Origin: Candidatus Hydrothermia bacterium
GTDB taxonomy: Bacteria > Hydrothermota > Hydrothermia > UBA1063
Direction: 5' to 3'
Assembly: GCA_049719805.1 (NCBI GenBank)
Contig: JBNARF010000002.1
Location: 15,805-79,804 of the forward strand
DNA: 64,000 bases
The first letter of the stretch is position 1. Each line of letters begins with the position of its first letter. Positions 51,493-60,450 of this stretch are shown here, one piece after another. The notes below the pieces were generated by a model. That model saw nothing but the letters and a program-made list of their open reading frames with translations, had not been told where the DNA came from and did no database searches. The position numbers and the translations under genes were made by a program.

Positions 51493-52915
51493 TTTTAAAC
51501 CAGAGCATCTTACAGCGTTTATAAGGAACGGAGTTTTGGATACGCTTTTCGATGAACTTCTCTCCGGATTCTGGAATTTCTATCCCGATGTTCAGTTTGA
51601 AATTGTTAAAAGATTTGAGAATTTTAGTAAAAAGGACGACCTGGCTTTACTTCTTGTTAAGCACTTTGAGATTCCCTTTGAGGACGCCCGAAAACTAATT
51701 AACGGCCCGCGGTTTTATTTTAAAATACCAGCGTTTTTCGATGATATTCTGCAATTTGTAGATATTATTTTGATACCTGAAACCTCAAGAATTATGACCA
51801 ATTTCCTGGAGATAACAGACTATTTAGAGATCATCGGGAAATGCTGTGGGAAAAAGTTTTTTATATTTTTTGATAAATTCTTTGACGACGAGAGTTTTAT
51901 GCTGCAGGTAGCCACAGTATTGAGGCTAGGTAATGTACCTGACCGCTACTGGTTTTTGGGTGCGATTGATGGTAAGTGCAATATTTTGCCCATTAAGAAC
52001 CTTGACTTGAAATTGCCTCTGATGGAAATTCAGGGTAAGAGAGGGATTTCTTACCCTCTGGCAAAGAATGTGAGGGACATTGAAAGATGGTTAAAAATTG
52101 AGACACACCACATACCGATTTTGATTATTGAAACTAATAATGGAGATGCAGGCGATCTTTTTGCGAATTTTCTGGGTATTTTAGGTCCTGAGGCGGAAGC
52201 CTCCTTAGGTGCTTTAAAAGCACTCTTCGGAATAGACGAAGATAATCTAATATTTGTTTTCCCGGGATTTGATGGAAGAGAAGAATGGTGGGAAAAATTT
52301 TCTGGTTTTTGTGCTTTTCTCAGGAAGGTGGAGGGCATCACCAGGGGAAGAATGCATTTTCACTTCGGGATTAAGAGCTCTCCCGGACTGGCTATGGCTT
52401 TAGGTATTTTATTTGGCAGCATGATACCCTTCTCGATTTATGATTTGGAAAAGCTTAAATTGTGTAGTGTGGTGAGCAATGTGCGGGAGTTAAAGACCCG
52501 GGTTCCTGACTATAAAATTAGGCATAAATTCGAATTGAAAAATCAAAGTGATGCTATTGTATATTTTAGACACAGGGAAGCTTCGGATTTACCCATAAAG
52601 AAGATTCAAGAAAGGCTGGATCTTATGGATGCGTCTATTGTTTCCATATACTTGAGGGGCAAATTATCACAGTGTAGGGTTAAGTATGTGGAGGTGGTAA
52701 AAGGTGTAACGTCTTTTATTCAGGACCTGCGCAAAGTTCATCCCTTTGGGAGATTCCACTTTTTCCCCAATATTCCCGCAACTTTATCATTTCTTCTGGG
52801 TGTATCTCTGGGGCACTACATGGAAGGAGTTATTTACAATTTTAACAGGTTCACGGACTCCTGGGGAAGGGTGTTGACCTTTTCAGATCTCAAGAGGTTG
52901 AGGGAAAGGTCTTAA
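51476..52915 (+). CDS. hypothetical protein, paralog of 57633-59093; triplicated Rossmann-like beta/Gly-loop/helix motif (candidate CARF/SAVED/SLOG-like sensor fusion)
   Basis: 479 aa. Shares EDARK, SFML..., ERWL...H.P... motifs with the 57633 protein. Also shares MHFHFGIKSSPGLAMALGILFGSMIPFSIY (cf. YFHLAIKGPIPLGFALGIIFGSMLPFTIY) and FHFFPNIPATLSFLLGVSLGHY (cf. FHFFFSSPVSLAFLLGVVFGHY). Confidence 0.6.
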   Translation: MFRFIDFKPEHLTAFIRNGVLDTLFDELLSGFWNFYPDVQFEIVKRFENFSKKDDLALLLVKHFEIPFEDARKLINGPRFYFKIPAFFDDILQFVDIILIPETSRIMTNFLEITDYLEIIGKCCGKKFFIFFDKFFDDESFMLQVATVLRLGNVPDRYWFLGAIDGKCNILPIKNLDLKLPLMEIQGKRGISYPLAKNVRDIERWLKIETHHIPILIIETNNGDAGDLFANFLGILGPEAEASLGALKALFGIDEDNLIFVFPGFDGREEWWEKFSGFCAFLRKVEGITRGRMHFHFGIKSSPGLAMALGILFGSMIPFSIYDLEKLKLCSVVSNVRELKTRVPDYKIRHKFELKNQSDAIVYFRHREASDLPIKKIQERLDLMDASIVSIYLRGKLSQCRVKYVEVVKGVTSFIQDLRKVHPFGRFHFFPNIPATLSFLLGVSLGHYMEGVIYNFNRFTDSWGRVLTFSDLKRLRERS

Positions 52916-54809
52916 AATGCGGGATCTAAAAATTTTATTTATGCTGGGAGAAATAAAAAGGCCGGTTTAACAAAATAGCGGAAGTACTTCCTTAATTTGC
53001 CCAATTAATTAAGCAAAGAAAAAGAGGTGTAATATACTACTTTCTTGAATGTGTTTTGCCGGGGTGGGGCTTCAGTTAAATAGGGTGCAAGTTTATGAAT
53101 AATAGGCAGTATAGATTTTAGTAAGTACGCTCTTGGGGTTAAAAAGTCTGGGAGAACCGTATCTTAAGGGGTAAGGACAAAATTTTTCCCTTACAGAAAA
53201 ATAAATGTTTAGACTGAAGTTCAAAATCAATGCCAGAATCATTAGAATCAAATTCTGATCCAGAACAATAATCCCTATACTGAAGCTATAAAACTTCTCG
53301 TCCTCGTAACGGGATGCCGAATTATAAATGCAAAATCAAGCCATTTCCGCTAAAAGTACTTTCAAAAATTCAGAGCCTGTGGATAACCTCGCTGAATTTG
53401 TAAGAAAAGGTATCTAACAAAAGCCGTCGAGCAGGTTTTACCTTGTTAACTTCTTGCAGGTTATACCATCCTTTCAAACCTTACCATTACAGTGGATAAC
53501 GAGCGAAACAGGTGGAGAGGAAAAATATGGGGCAAGTTGTGTAAAAAGTGACTCTGGGTGAACATGTTTTGTTTCTGGAAACTTAGTTAGAGCGAAAATC
53601 GAGCTTTTTAAGTTTACGGATAACCAAAACACCAGGGAAAACGTTGAAGGTGGTGCAATTGTGTAATCTTAACTGGGGACCAGTTAATGACAATGAGCAA
53701 AAACTTTATTGATTCTGGAGTTATCTTCTCGGACTTTGCCGCCCGGGAACAATTTATCGTTTAGATTGGTGTCCAGTTCTTAAGTTCTAACAGGTAGGAA
53801 TGCGAACAATAGCAAGACACAGATCGCTGTTTAATAGATAGTAAACAAGTTTGGCCTGTGAAAGAAGATTTACCGGAAGCAGGAACGGGATCGTTTTGAT
53901 GAATACGTTACTGTTCTTAAAAATGTGAGGTATTTTTATGGCGATCAGACTTACCCGCGGCATTTCGGAAATCTAACGAAAATAGTTGAGGGGTAGAAAA
54001 TCAAAGAGGGTTAAGGAGTAGTGGGAGTTGGAAAACAACAGGTTTAACAAGGAGTATCTGGTTTTATGAAATCGGAATCAAGATGCTTTTCAGGGAATAT
54101 AGTTTGTGTTATAAGTATCGTTTTTACTCCTTACTGAACAATGTGCTTATGATGTCTGGTGGGACATAGACTTTGTGTAAAGTTGAGACCTTGCGGCAAT
54201 ATTTTTTTTAAATAAAGATTTGATGGGACGTGACGCTGGTTGTATCAGATTTACCAAAACTTCAAAGTATTCTTAGTTTTTGAAGATAAAATTATGCGGG
54301 TGATAAAGATCGATATTGTGCATAACATGGGCACTTCTTCTGGGTTTACCACGTCTCAGGCTGAAAGGAGTGAAAGCCATTTATTTTATCAAAATAACGG
54401 ATATACAGGCTCGGGTGGATCTTGGTACTGCCAAAATTTGCCTTTAAACGGGTTCTAAGGGCTTTTATTATGGAATATCCGTGGATATTGCCTGATTTTA
54501 GGATTTTTGCCATTTTAATAAAGCTTTATGCCTTAGTTATTTTGATGATTGACTAACCGATGGATGCACGAAAGTTAATGCATAATAAATCCGGAAAGTA
54601 ATAGAAAGCCATGAACCGCGGGGCACTGTTATGATAAATATTGTTTACCAGACTTTGAGTTTCTTTGCTTCATTTTCTTATACTGCTTTAAACGCTATTT
54701 ACTCATGTCCAATATTTTTTCTGCCCCGGGAAGGCTTTAATTCTACGAAAAATTAAGCCTTCCTTGACTCGGACTTTTTTGAACATTAACATTTTTATAA
54801 GTTCTGTTT

Positions 54810-55562
54810 ATGAGACTCAAGCTTACTTTCAAACCCGTTTCTGATTATATAGCCCTACCCATTCACTATAATCACATGGTTCAGGCTTTCATTTATTCGT
54901 CCCTAGAGCAAGACATCGCAAACTGGCTTCACGAAAAGGGGTTTGAATACGGTCCCGGGAAATTTAAACTCTTCACTTTTTCCTGGATATTCGGGAAGAA
55001 AAGGATAGAGAGTGGTCGATTTATTTTCTACGATAGATTCTGATTCTTTATATCAAGTCCTGTGGAACAAATGCTTGAGTCTTTTGTTAAAAAATTTTTT
55101 CAAAAAAGCAAAATAGAATTTGGAGGTCAGGAGTGTCTCCTGGAAAGCGTAAAAGTGGAGCCTGCAAGAGAACTGAAGTCTTCCCTTGTTATTCGCATGA
55201 TTTCTCCGATTACCGTTTATTCCATTTTTGGGAAGGATGGGAGGAAGAAAACTTACTACTATTCACCCTTTGAAAAGGATTTTGAACGTTTAATATTAGA
55301 AAATTTTGAATAAAAGGTTGAGGCTTTTTATGGAAAAGGCGATTATCCGGAGTTGAAAGATGCCCACCTGCAACCTGTAGATGTAAAAGGTGAGGATTTT
55401 CACATTGTGAAATTTAAGGGATTCATGATAAAGGGTTGGTCTGGTATTTATAAGTTGGACCTTCCGGAGCCTTACCTTTCTATAGCTTATTATGCTGGTA
55501 TTGGCAGCAAAAATTCTCAGGGTTTTGGAATGTGGGACGTTTTAAAGGAGCTTAAGAAATGA
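54810..55562 (+). pseudogene. cas6: cas6 (CRISPR repeat endoribonuclease) interrupted by two in-frame stops (TGA 55041-55043; TAA 55311-55313), no frameshift
   Basis: Three consecutive ORFs in the same frame. N-terminal MRLKLTFKPVSDYIALPIHYNHMVQAFIYS is a Cas6 ferredoxin-like start. C-terminal G-rich loop AGIGSKNSQGFGMWDV. Combined length 251 codons, the size of Cas6. Confidence 0.65.
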
Positions 55563-55619
55563 ATGTCAAATTTTTAAATTTTTGGGGTTATATGGTAAAT
55601 GAAGAGGGAGTTCTAAATT

Positions 55620-55910
55620 ATGGGTATAAGGGATCGGGAATTAAGCGAAAGGGAAAGGATAGCCCTGGGTGCATTATTACATGATATTGGAAAAGTGGTG
55701 CAAAGAGCCAGCGATAATCCAAGCGCAAAAACCCATCAGGAATTTGGCGAAAAGTGGATAGAAAGTCATTTGCCTGCTCCCCTGGGCGGTGAGTTGAAGT
55801 TTTTCTCTAAATATCATCATTTCAATCCAGAATCGCATCCAGAGCTGGATGTTAGTATACCGTGAAGGAACGATTTAATACTTGTTTTGCATGCCGCTGA
55901 TTGTACTTAA
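55620..55910 (+). pseudogene. cas10/csm1 N-terminal HD-domain fragment (in-frame TGA at 55863-55865; rest of gene missing)
   Basis: LGALLHDIGKVVQRA...KTHQEFGEKWIESHL...KYHH resembles the Csm1/Cas10 HD N-terminus (LLHDIGK + QRA). After the TGA the same frame continues as RNDLILVLHAADCT (HD motif V-like). Only ~96 codons, against ~750 for Cas10. Confidence 0.5.
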
Positions 55911-55936
55911 CTTTTTCAATTTTAAGAGGCAGTGTC

Positions 55937-57301
55937 ATGAAAATTCTTATTGGGATAATTGGAGATTTCTATAAATACCAGGTTTTTAAGTACACGAATA
56001 ATGGACAAGAAATAGACGCAAAATGCTCGCTTTTCGCACTCATGAGAATGTTAAATCCAGATTTAACTTTGTTGGTAGTTCTTGATAGTCTGGTTGACAT
56101 TCTGAATAAAAAGTACCCTGAGCTAAAATCCTCTAATTCGTACATTGAGTTAAAAGGCAGATTAGTGAAGGTAGTCCGCCAGGGGCTCCTATCGGAAAAA
56201 ATTGTCACCCAAGAAGAGTTGAATGAATTTAAGGTGAAATTTTTAATTATACCTTCGGTTGGTTCTTACGGAGATTTGCGTTTTAAAGGTGAAATTACCG
56301 ACTTTTACTACGAATTGTACTATGGAACTGGTCTTAAATTCGCTGGATTGCTTGCGGGCATAAAGAACTTTGAGGAAGATGCGGAAATATTTTTTGACGT
56401 TTCTCTGGGTGCCAATTACACGAATGTTATACTTTATAAAGTTTTGAGGGAGTTGGCAGCTATATTTTCTCTTTCCGGAAGGAGAGTAAAACTAAGAATT
56501 TTAAACACTGAACCAATTATCCCTTACAGAGAAAACTCGACGTCAGCTTTAAATGAGATCGAAGCAGCCGAGTTCCGTAAATCCCTGACATTTTCTACTA
56601 GAAAACTCAAAGGTTCTGAGTTACCCCTTAAAAATATTTCAAAGGAGTATGTGAAAGCTAAAGAAAACTATAAAGAAGAGTTAAATTCCCGTGGATTGGA
56701 CTTGAGGTTAGGGAATAGGGATGTTTCGTGTTTTCTAAGTAGCGTAAAGAACGGTATTCCTCTTGGTGTATATTACTTTTTCCCGGATATTTCACTCTTG
56801 AGTAAAGTTGCCAGATTGTCATACAAGTTTTATTTGAAAAGCGTTAAGTTTCACAGGGATGAAAGCTTGATCATCGAAAGGGGACTAAAGTTGACACCTT
56901 GCTTTAAGACTTACGTTCAGGCTATCTTAGTGGCTCAGGCCTTGAGTTCTTTGGGGGTGGAAAAAAGAGAAAGTGTTTTGAGTAGTGAAATAGAATCTCT
57001 GTCGGAAAAGCTATATGAAAGGTGCAAGGTTATTGGGGATAGAATTAAGCAGGAAATTTCGCGTCTTAATAAAGAAATAAGAAACTACCCTAAAGCCAGA
57101 TGGAAAGTGATGGGAGAGGAAAAGAGCAGAGGTAATACGGTTCGAAATTTCTTCGCTCACGTCGGAATTGTCAGAAATTTGACGGAGATCTGGGTAGAAG
57201 ATGAGAAGTCCAAAGTTTGGAAAGTTAGATTTAGAAAAACGGAGGAGAGTATTAAGCAGATTGCAAACTTCCTCCTGAATGCTGCCGATGAGGCGGAGTG
57301 A
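55937..57301 (+). CDS. CARF-HEPN family protein (Csx1/Csm6-like cOA-activated RNase)
   Basis: ORF track starts at 55901 (TTG). The ATG at 55937 has an AAGAGG RBS. Begins MKILIGIIGD (CARF-like first strand). C-terminal HEPN motif VRNFFAHVG matches RNxxAHxG (R-X4-H). About 455 aa. Confidence 0.6.
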   Translation: MKILIGIIGDFYKYQVFKYTNNGQEIDAKCSLFALMRMLNPDLTLLVVLDSLVDILNKKYPELKSSNSYIELKGRLVKVVRQGLLSEKIVTQEELNEFKVKFLIIPSVGSYGDLRFKGEITDFYYELYYGTGLKFAGLLAGIKNFEEDAEIFFDVSLGANYTNVILYKVLRELAAIFSLSGRRVKLRILNTEPIIPYRENSTSALNEIEAAEFRKSLTFSTRKLKGSELPLKNISKEYVKAKENYKEELNSRGLDLRLGNRDVSCFLSSVKNGIPLGVYYFFPDISLLSKVARLSYKFYLKSVKFHRDESLIIERGLKLTPCFKTYVQAILVAQALSSLGVEKRESVLSSEIESLSEKLYERCKVIGDRIKQEISRLNKEIRNYPKARWKVMGEEKSRGNTVRNFFAHVGIVRNLTEIWVEDEKSKVWKVRFRKTEESIKQIANFLLNAADEAE

Positions 57302-57632
57302 AGTGATGATACAACTGTCCAGTGATCCTTATGATCTGATACACTTCACAAATTTTCGCGGTTCAGGCATTTTAATACTTTTTGGGAGTAAAGAGGATCG
57401 GGTTAATGATTGGCGTGACTTTGGCTGAGAAATCCGATCAAAAAGGCGTATCTGCAATTTATTGTTATAGCTACCGCTCGAAAGGAAAACGGGCAATTTT
57501 GCTTTTTTGTGGTCTATGCATCAGGGTATCATTTTGCTTTTATATGGCATGAGCCGAAGAATATCATATGAAGATATAAGCATTTTTAAGATAGTTGTTC
57601 ATTAAAAATGCCGGGATTAAAGGAGGTACTAG

Positions 57633-59093
57633 ATGAAGCACTGGTATGAGTTAGATACGAATCAGTTTATTGAGCACCTCGAATCGGGTGGGCTGAATGA
57701 TTATCTTGATGAAATCATAGAAAACTTCCCTAAATTTGCCGATAAACCTGAAGTGCAATTTGAGCTGATAAGGTATATAAAAGAAAAAAGGCCTCCAGTT
57801 TCTCTCACCACCTGGGTAAAAGGTCTGGGCATTTCTGAGGAGGATGCTCGCAAAGTCTATAATAATCCCTATCGGATAATGAACTATGTGGTGATTCACG
57901 GAGAAAGCGGCGAAATTTCTCAGATGTTAATTATAAAGAATACAGGCAGTCTCATTACGAATCTTGAAAGTGTGAAAAAAGATCTGGAAGTGATCACATC
58001 TTATGTGAAATCAAATTTTGCCGTTTTTTTCAAAACTCCTTTCTATGGACAGAGTTTTATGTTACCCTTAACGGTGGGGCTACTTGTGGTTCATATTCCA
58101 TCGAATCTAGTGTTCACCGGCAAGGTAGATGAAAAGGGAAAGGTTTACGATGTGGAGGGTGTATCCATTAAAAGAAAAGTCGCACAAAACTCAGGCTATA
58201 AATTGATAGATCCCTCTATTGTCCCTGATGTTTCCTTTATTAAACGGTGGCTAGATGCAGAGATTTACCATGTGCCACTGTGCGTTACATATTCGAGTGG
58301 TGAGCCCGCTACTACGGATTTTGAGAGGCTTTGTGATTCCATTTCAGGATTCGATAGAGAAACACTTTTGGTGCTCAAGGAATTTATGGACATCGATACC
58401 TCACTTCTTATTGTATCTACGGGAACTATGGAGAGTAGAGAGGACTGGATTAATTCCCTTAACAAATTTCGTAGAGCTATTGCAGTCATAAACAAAAAAC
58501 TCCAGGATCGTGTATACTTTCACCTGGCAATAAAAGGTCCCATTCCTCTGGGGTTTGCTCTTGGTATTATTTTTGGAAGTATGTTACCCTTTACTATATA
58601 CCATTTCCAGAATAATCAATATTTTCCCATAGAGGTCTCAGATGTAAGATATTTGAAGGGGCGAGTCAAGGAACAAAACTACGATCCTTTAGTGGTTAGC
58701 TTTATAGAAGGAAATGGTGGTGATGTGGCAGTGGTTATCTCCATGTCCCACCATGAACCCCTTGCCACTGCAAAAAGTTTTTTAATTCAGAGATTTGGAG
58801 CGACACCCTCCATTCTCCTCCTTGAACATCCTCTGAAGGGTGATGTGCCTGTTGAAGAGTATTTTGAGGTTGCAAGGAAAATGGCAAGTGTTATTCAGGA
58901 TGTTCGGGGAAAAAGATCCGTTGATAAATTTCACTTTTTCTTCTCATCGCCCGTAAGCCTGGCGTTTCTCCTTGGTGTTGTTTTTGGGCATTACGGCTCT
59001 GCGGAAATTTATCATTACGATAATAAGAGGCAGACTTACATAAATGTTATAAGCCTTGATGAATTGAAGAAAATAAGAGAGAATTCATATTGA
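57633..59093 (+). CDS. hypothetical protein, paralog of 51476-52915 (same triplicated motif), immediately downstream of csx1-like gene
   Basis: 486 aa. GGAGG RBS. Motifs as listed for the 51476 protein. Conserved C-terminus ...ISLDELKKIRENSY vs ...TFSDLKRLRERS. Confidence 0.6.
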   Translation: MKHWYELDTNQFIEHLESGGLNDYLDEIIENFPKFADKPEVQFELIRYIKEKRPPVSLTTWVKGLGISEEDARKVYNNPYRIMNYVVIHGESGEISQMLIIKNTGSLITNLESVKKDLEVITSYVKSNFAVFFKTPFYGQSFMLPLTVGLLVVHIPSNLVFTGKVDEKGKVYDVEGVSIKRKVAQNSGYKLIDPSIVPDVSFIKRWLDAEIYHVPLCVTYSSGEPATTDFERLCDSISGFDRETLLVLKEFMDIDTSLLIVSTGTMESREDWINSLNKFRRAIAVINKKLQDRVYFHLAIKGPIPLGFALGIIFGSMLPFTIYHFQNNQYFPIEVSDVRYLKGRVKEQNYDPLVVSFIEGNGGDVAVVISMSHHEPLATAKSFLIQRFGATPSILLLEHPLKGDVPVEEYFEVARKMASVIQDVRGKRSVDKFHFFFSSPVSLAFLLGVVFGHYGSAEIYHYDNKRQTYINVISLDELKKIRENSY

Positions 59094-59108
59094 GGTTTCT
59101 AAAGGAAT

Positions 59109-59591
59109 TTAATACATCTGTTTGATGGGTAGCAGCAGGGTCGTTGCAGTGGTTTGACCACCATCAAGGGTATAGGTCAGTATAAGTTTATATGTTCCTT
59201 TTCTTTCTTTTAAAGCTACTTTTACCTCGGGGGTTTGCTGCTCTTCAGGAACGGGAATAAACTTCTCGAGATTTCTTGAGGACCTCGCTCTTATTCTAAC
59301 TGGATTTTCAATGAACTTTCCGCCGGATGCCAATTGGTTGTTAATGTAAAACTCGTAGTTCATTGAATTTATCTGGATGTCGCCACTCGTGTTGTTCTTT
59401 AACATGATTTTAAAAAGCATATCAATTTTGTTAAGCTCGATGGAGGCCAGTTCACAGGAAATGGGGGTAATTCTCAGAATCTGTCTTCCTGGAGAGGTTT
59501 TAATAGAGGCGCAGGATATCAAAAACAGAAGGCTAAATATTAATGCCCTCGATACGGAGTAAATATTTTTTCCACTCAGCACCACCGCCAA
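59109..59591 (-). CDS. hypothetical lipoprotein
   Basis: 160 aa. Lipobox LISCAS. The 5' end overlaps the upstream gene by ~59 nt, so the true start may be an internal GTG/TTG. Confidence 0.45.
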   Translation of the reverse strand: MAVVLSGKNIYSVSRALIFSLLFLISCASIKTSPGRQILRITPISCELASIELNKIDMLFKIMLKNNTSGDIQINSMNYEFYINNQLASGGKFIENPVRIRARSSRNLEKFIPVPEEQQTPEVKVALKERKGTYKLILTYTLDGGQTTATTLLLPIKQMY

Positions 59592-60450
59592 AACCTCCTA
59601 TTTTATTACCTTTCAATAGGACCCTGTGACAGGGTATCAGAATGGGAAAGGGATTATGCGCCATGGCATTTCCTATCGCCCTGGCTCCCTTTGGACACCC
59701 CACCCTTTCCGCAAGTTCTCCATATGTTATAACGTGACCCCAGGGTACAAAATTTCTCAAATAATGATAAACTTTTTGGTGAAAAGAGGTAATCCCTTGC
59801 ATATTAAGGGGGAATTCTAAAAAGTCTATTTTCTCCCCCTGGAAATATTTTTGGAGTTTTGATTTTAGTTCTTGCAGTAATTCGTGCTTCTCTTTTCTGC
59901 CCTTAATTTCTCTAAAGGATGTTTCTACAATGAAATTACCCCTGGCAGCCATATAAAAATAACCGACAGGGGTTTGGATAACGTCCACGTAGGGTAGTTC
60001 CTTCAATTCCTCAAGGAGAGTTTCAATGCTTTTTTTTAGCACGGGGTGAATGAAGTCCTTTGCTATTTCAGCCAATGGCCTTAAAACGAATTCACGATAT
60101 TGCATGTCCGGATGGGGTATTACCAGAGTTTCACTTTTATAAACGATATGGTCGTAGAATATTATGTCTATATCAATTATCCTCTCACGCCATCTTCCTT
60201 TATTTTCTCTTCCCAGTTCTTTTTCAATTCCCTTTAGTTCTTCAAGAAGTAACTCAGGGGAAAGACTGGTTTCTAAAGCCACGGCACAGTTCAAAAAATC
60301 TGGCTGGTTATGGTAGCCGTATGGCTTTGTTTCAAAAAAATGGGAAATTGCAAGAACTTTGCCCAGCTTATAAAGTTCATTAATAGCACGATTCAGATTT
60401 TGTTCTCGTTCTCCCAGGTTTGATCCGAGGGACAAGTAAACAAGGCTCAT
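59533..60450 (-). CDS. fusion ORF: 6-hydroxymethyl-7,8-dihydropterin pyrophosphokinase (FolK/HPPK) + methylated-DNA-protein-cysteine methyltransferase (Ogt/MGMT)
   Basis: N-terminal 155 aa: [10 protein letters not shown]...ETKPYG...[11 protein letters not shown]...[15 protein letters not shown] (HPPK). C-terminal: ...[38 protein letters not shown] (MGMT domain with active-site PCHRV). Confidence 0.7.
   Translation of the reverse strand: MSLVYLSLGSNLGEREQNLNRAINELYKLGKVLAISHFFETKPYGYHNQPDFLNCAVALETSLSPELLLEELKGIEKELGRENKGRWRERIIDIDIIFYDHIVYKSETLVIPHPDMQYREFVLRPLAEIAKDFIHPVLKKSIETLLEELKELPYVDVIQTPVGYFYMAARGNFIVETSFREIKGRKEKHELLQELKSKLQKYFQGEKIDFLEFPLNMQGITSFHQKVYHYLRNFVPWGHVITYGELAERVGCPKGARAIGNAMAHNPFPILIPCHRVLLKGNKIGGFGGGAEWKKYLLRIEGINI

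Noticed and set aside
25007-55910. Alternative genetic code (stop-codon reassignment) as explanation for the four in-frame stops in rgy, cas6 and the cas10 fragment
   Set aside because: TAA, TGA and TAG each terminate well-conserved genes at the expected C-termini (rpmA TAA, metK TGA, ahcY TAG), so the standard code is in use. No SECIS-like context for selenocysteine was noticed.
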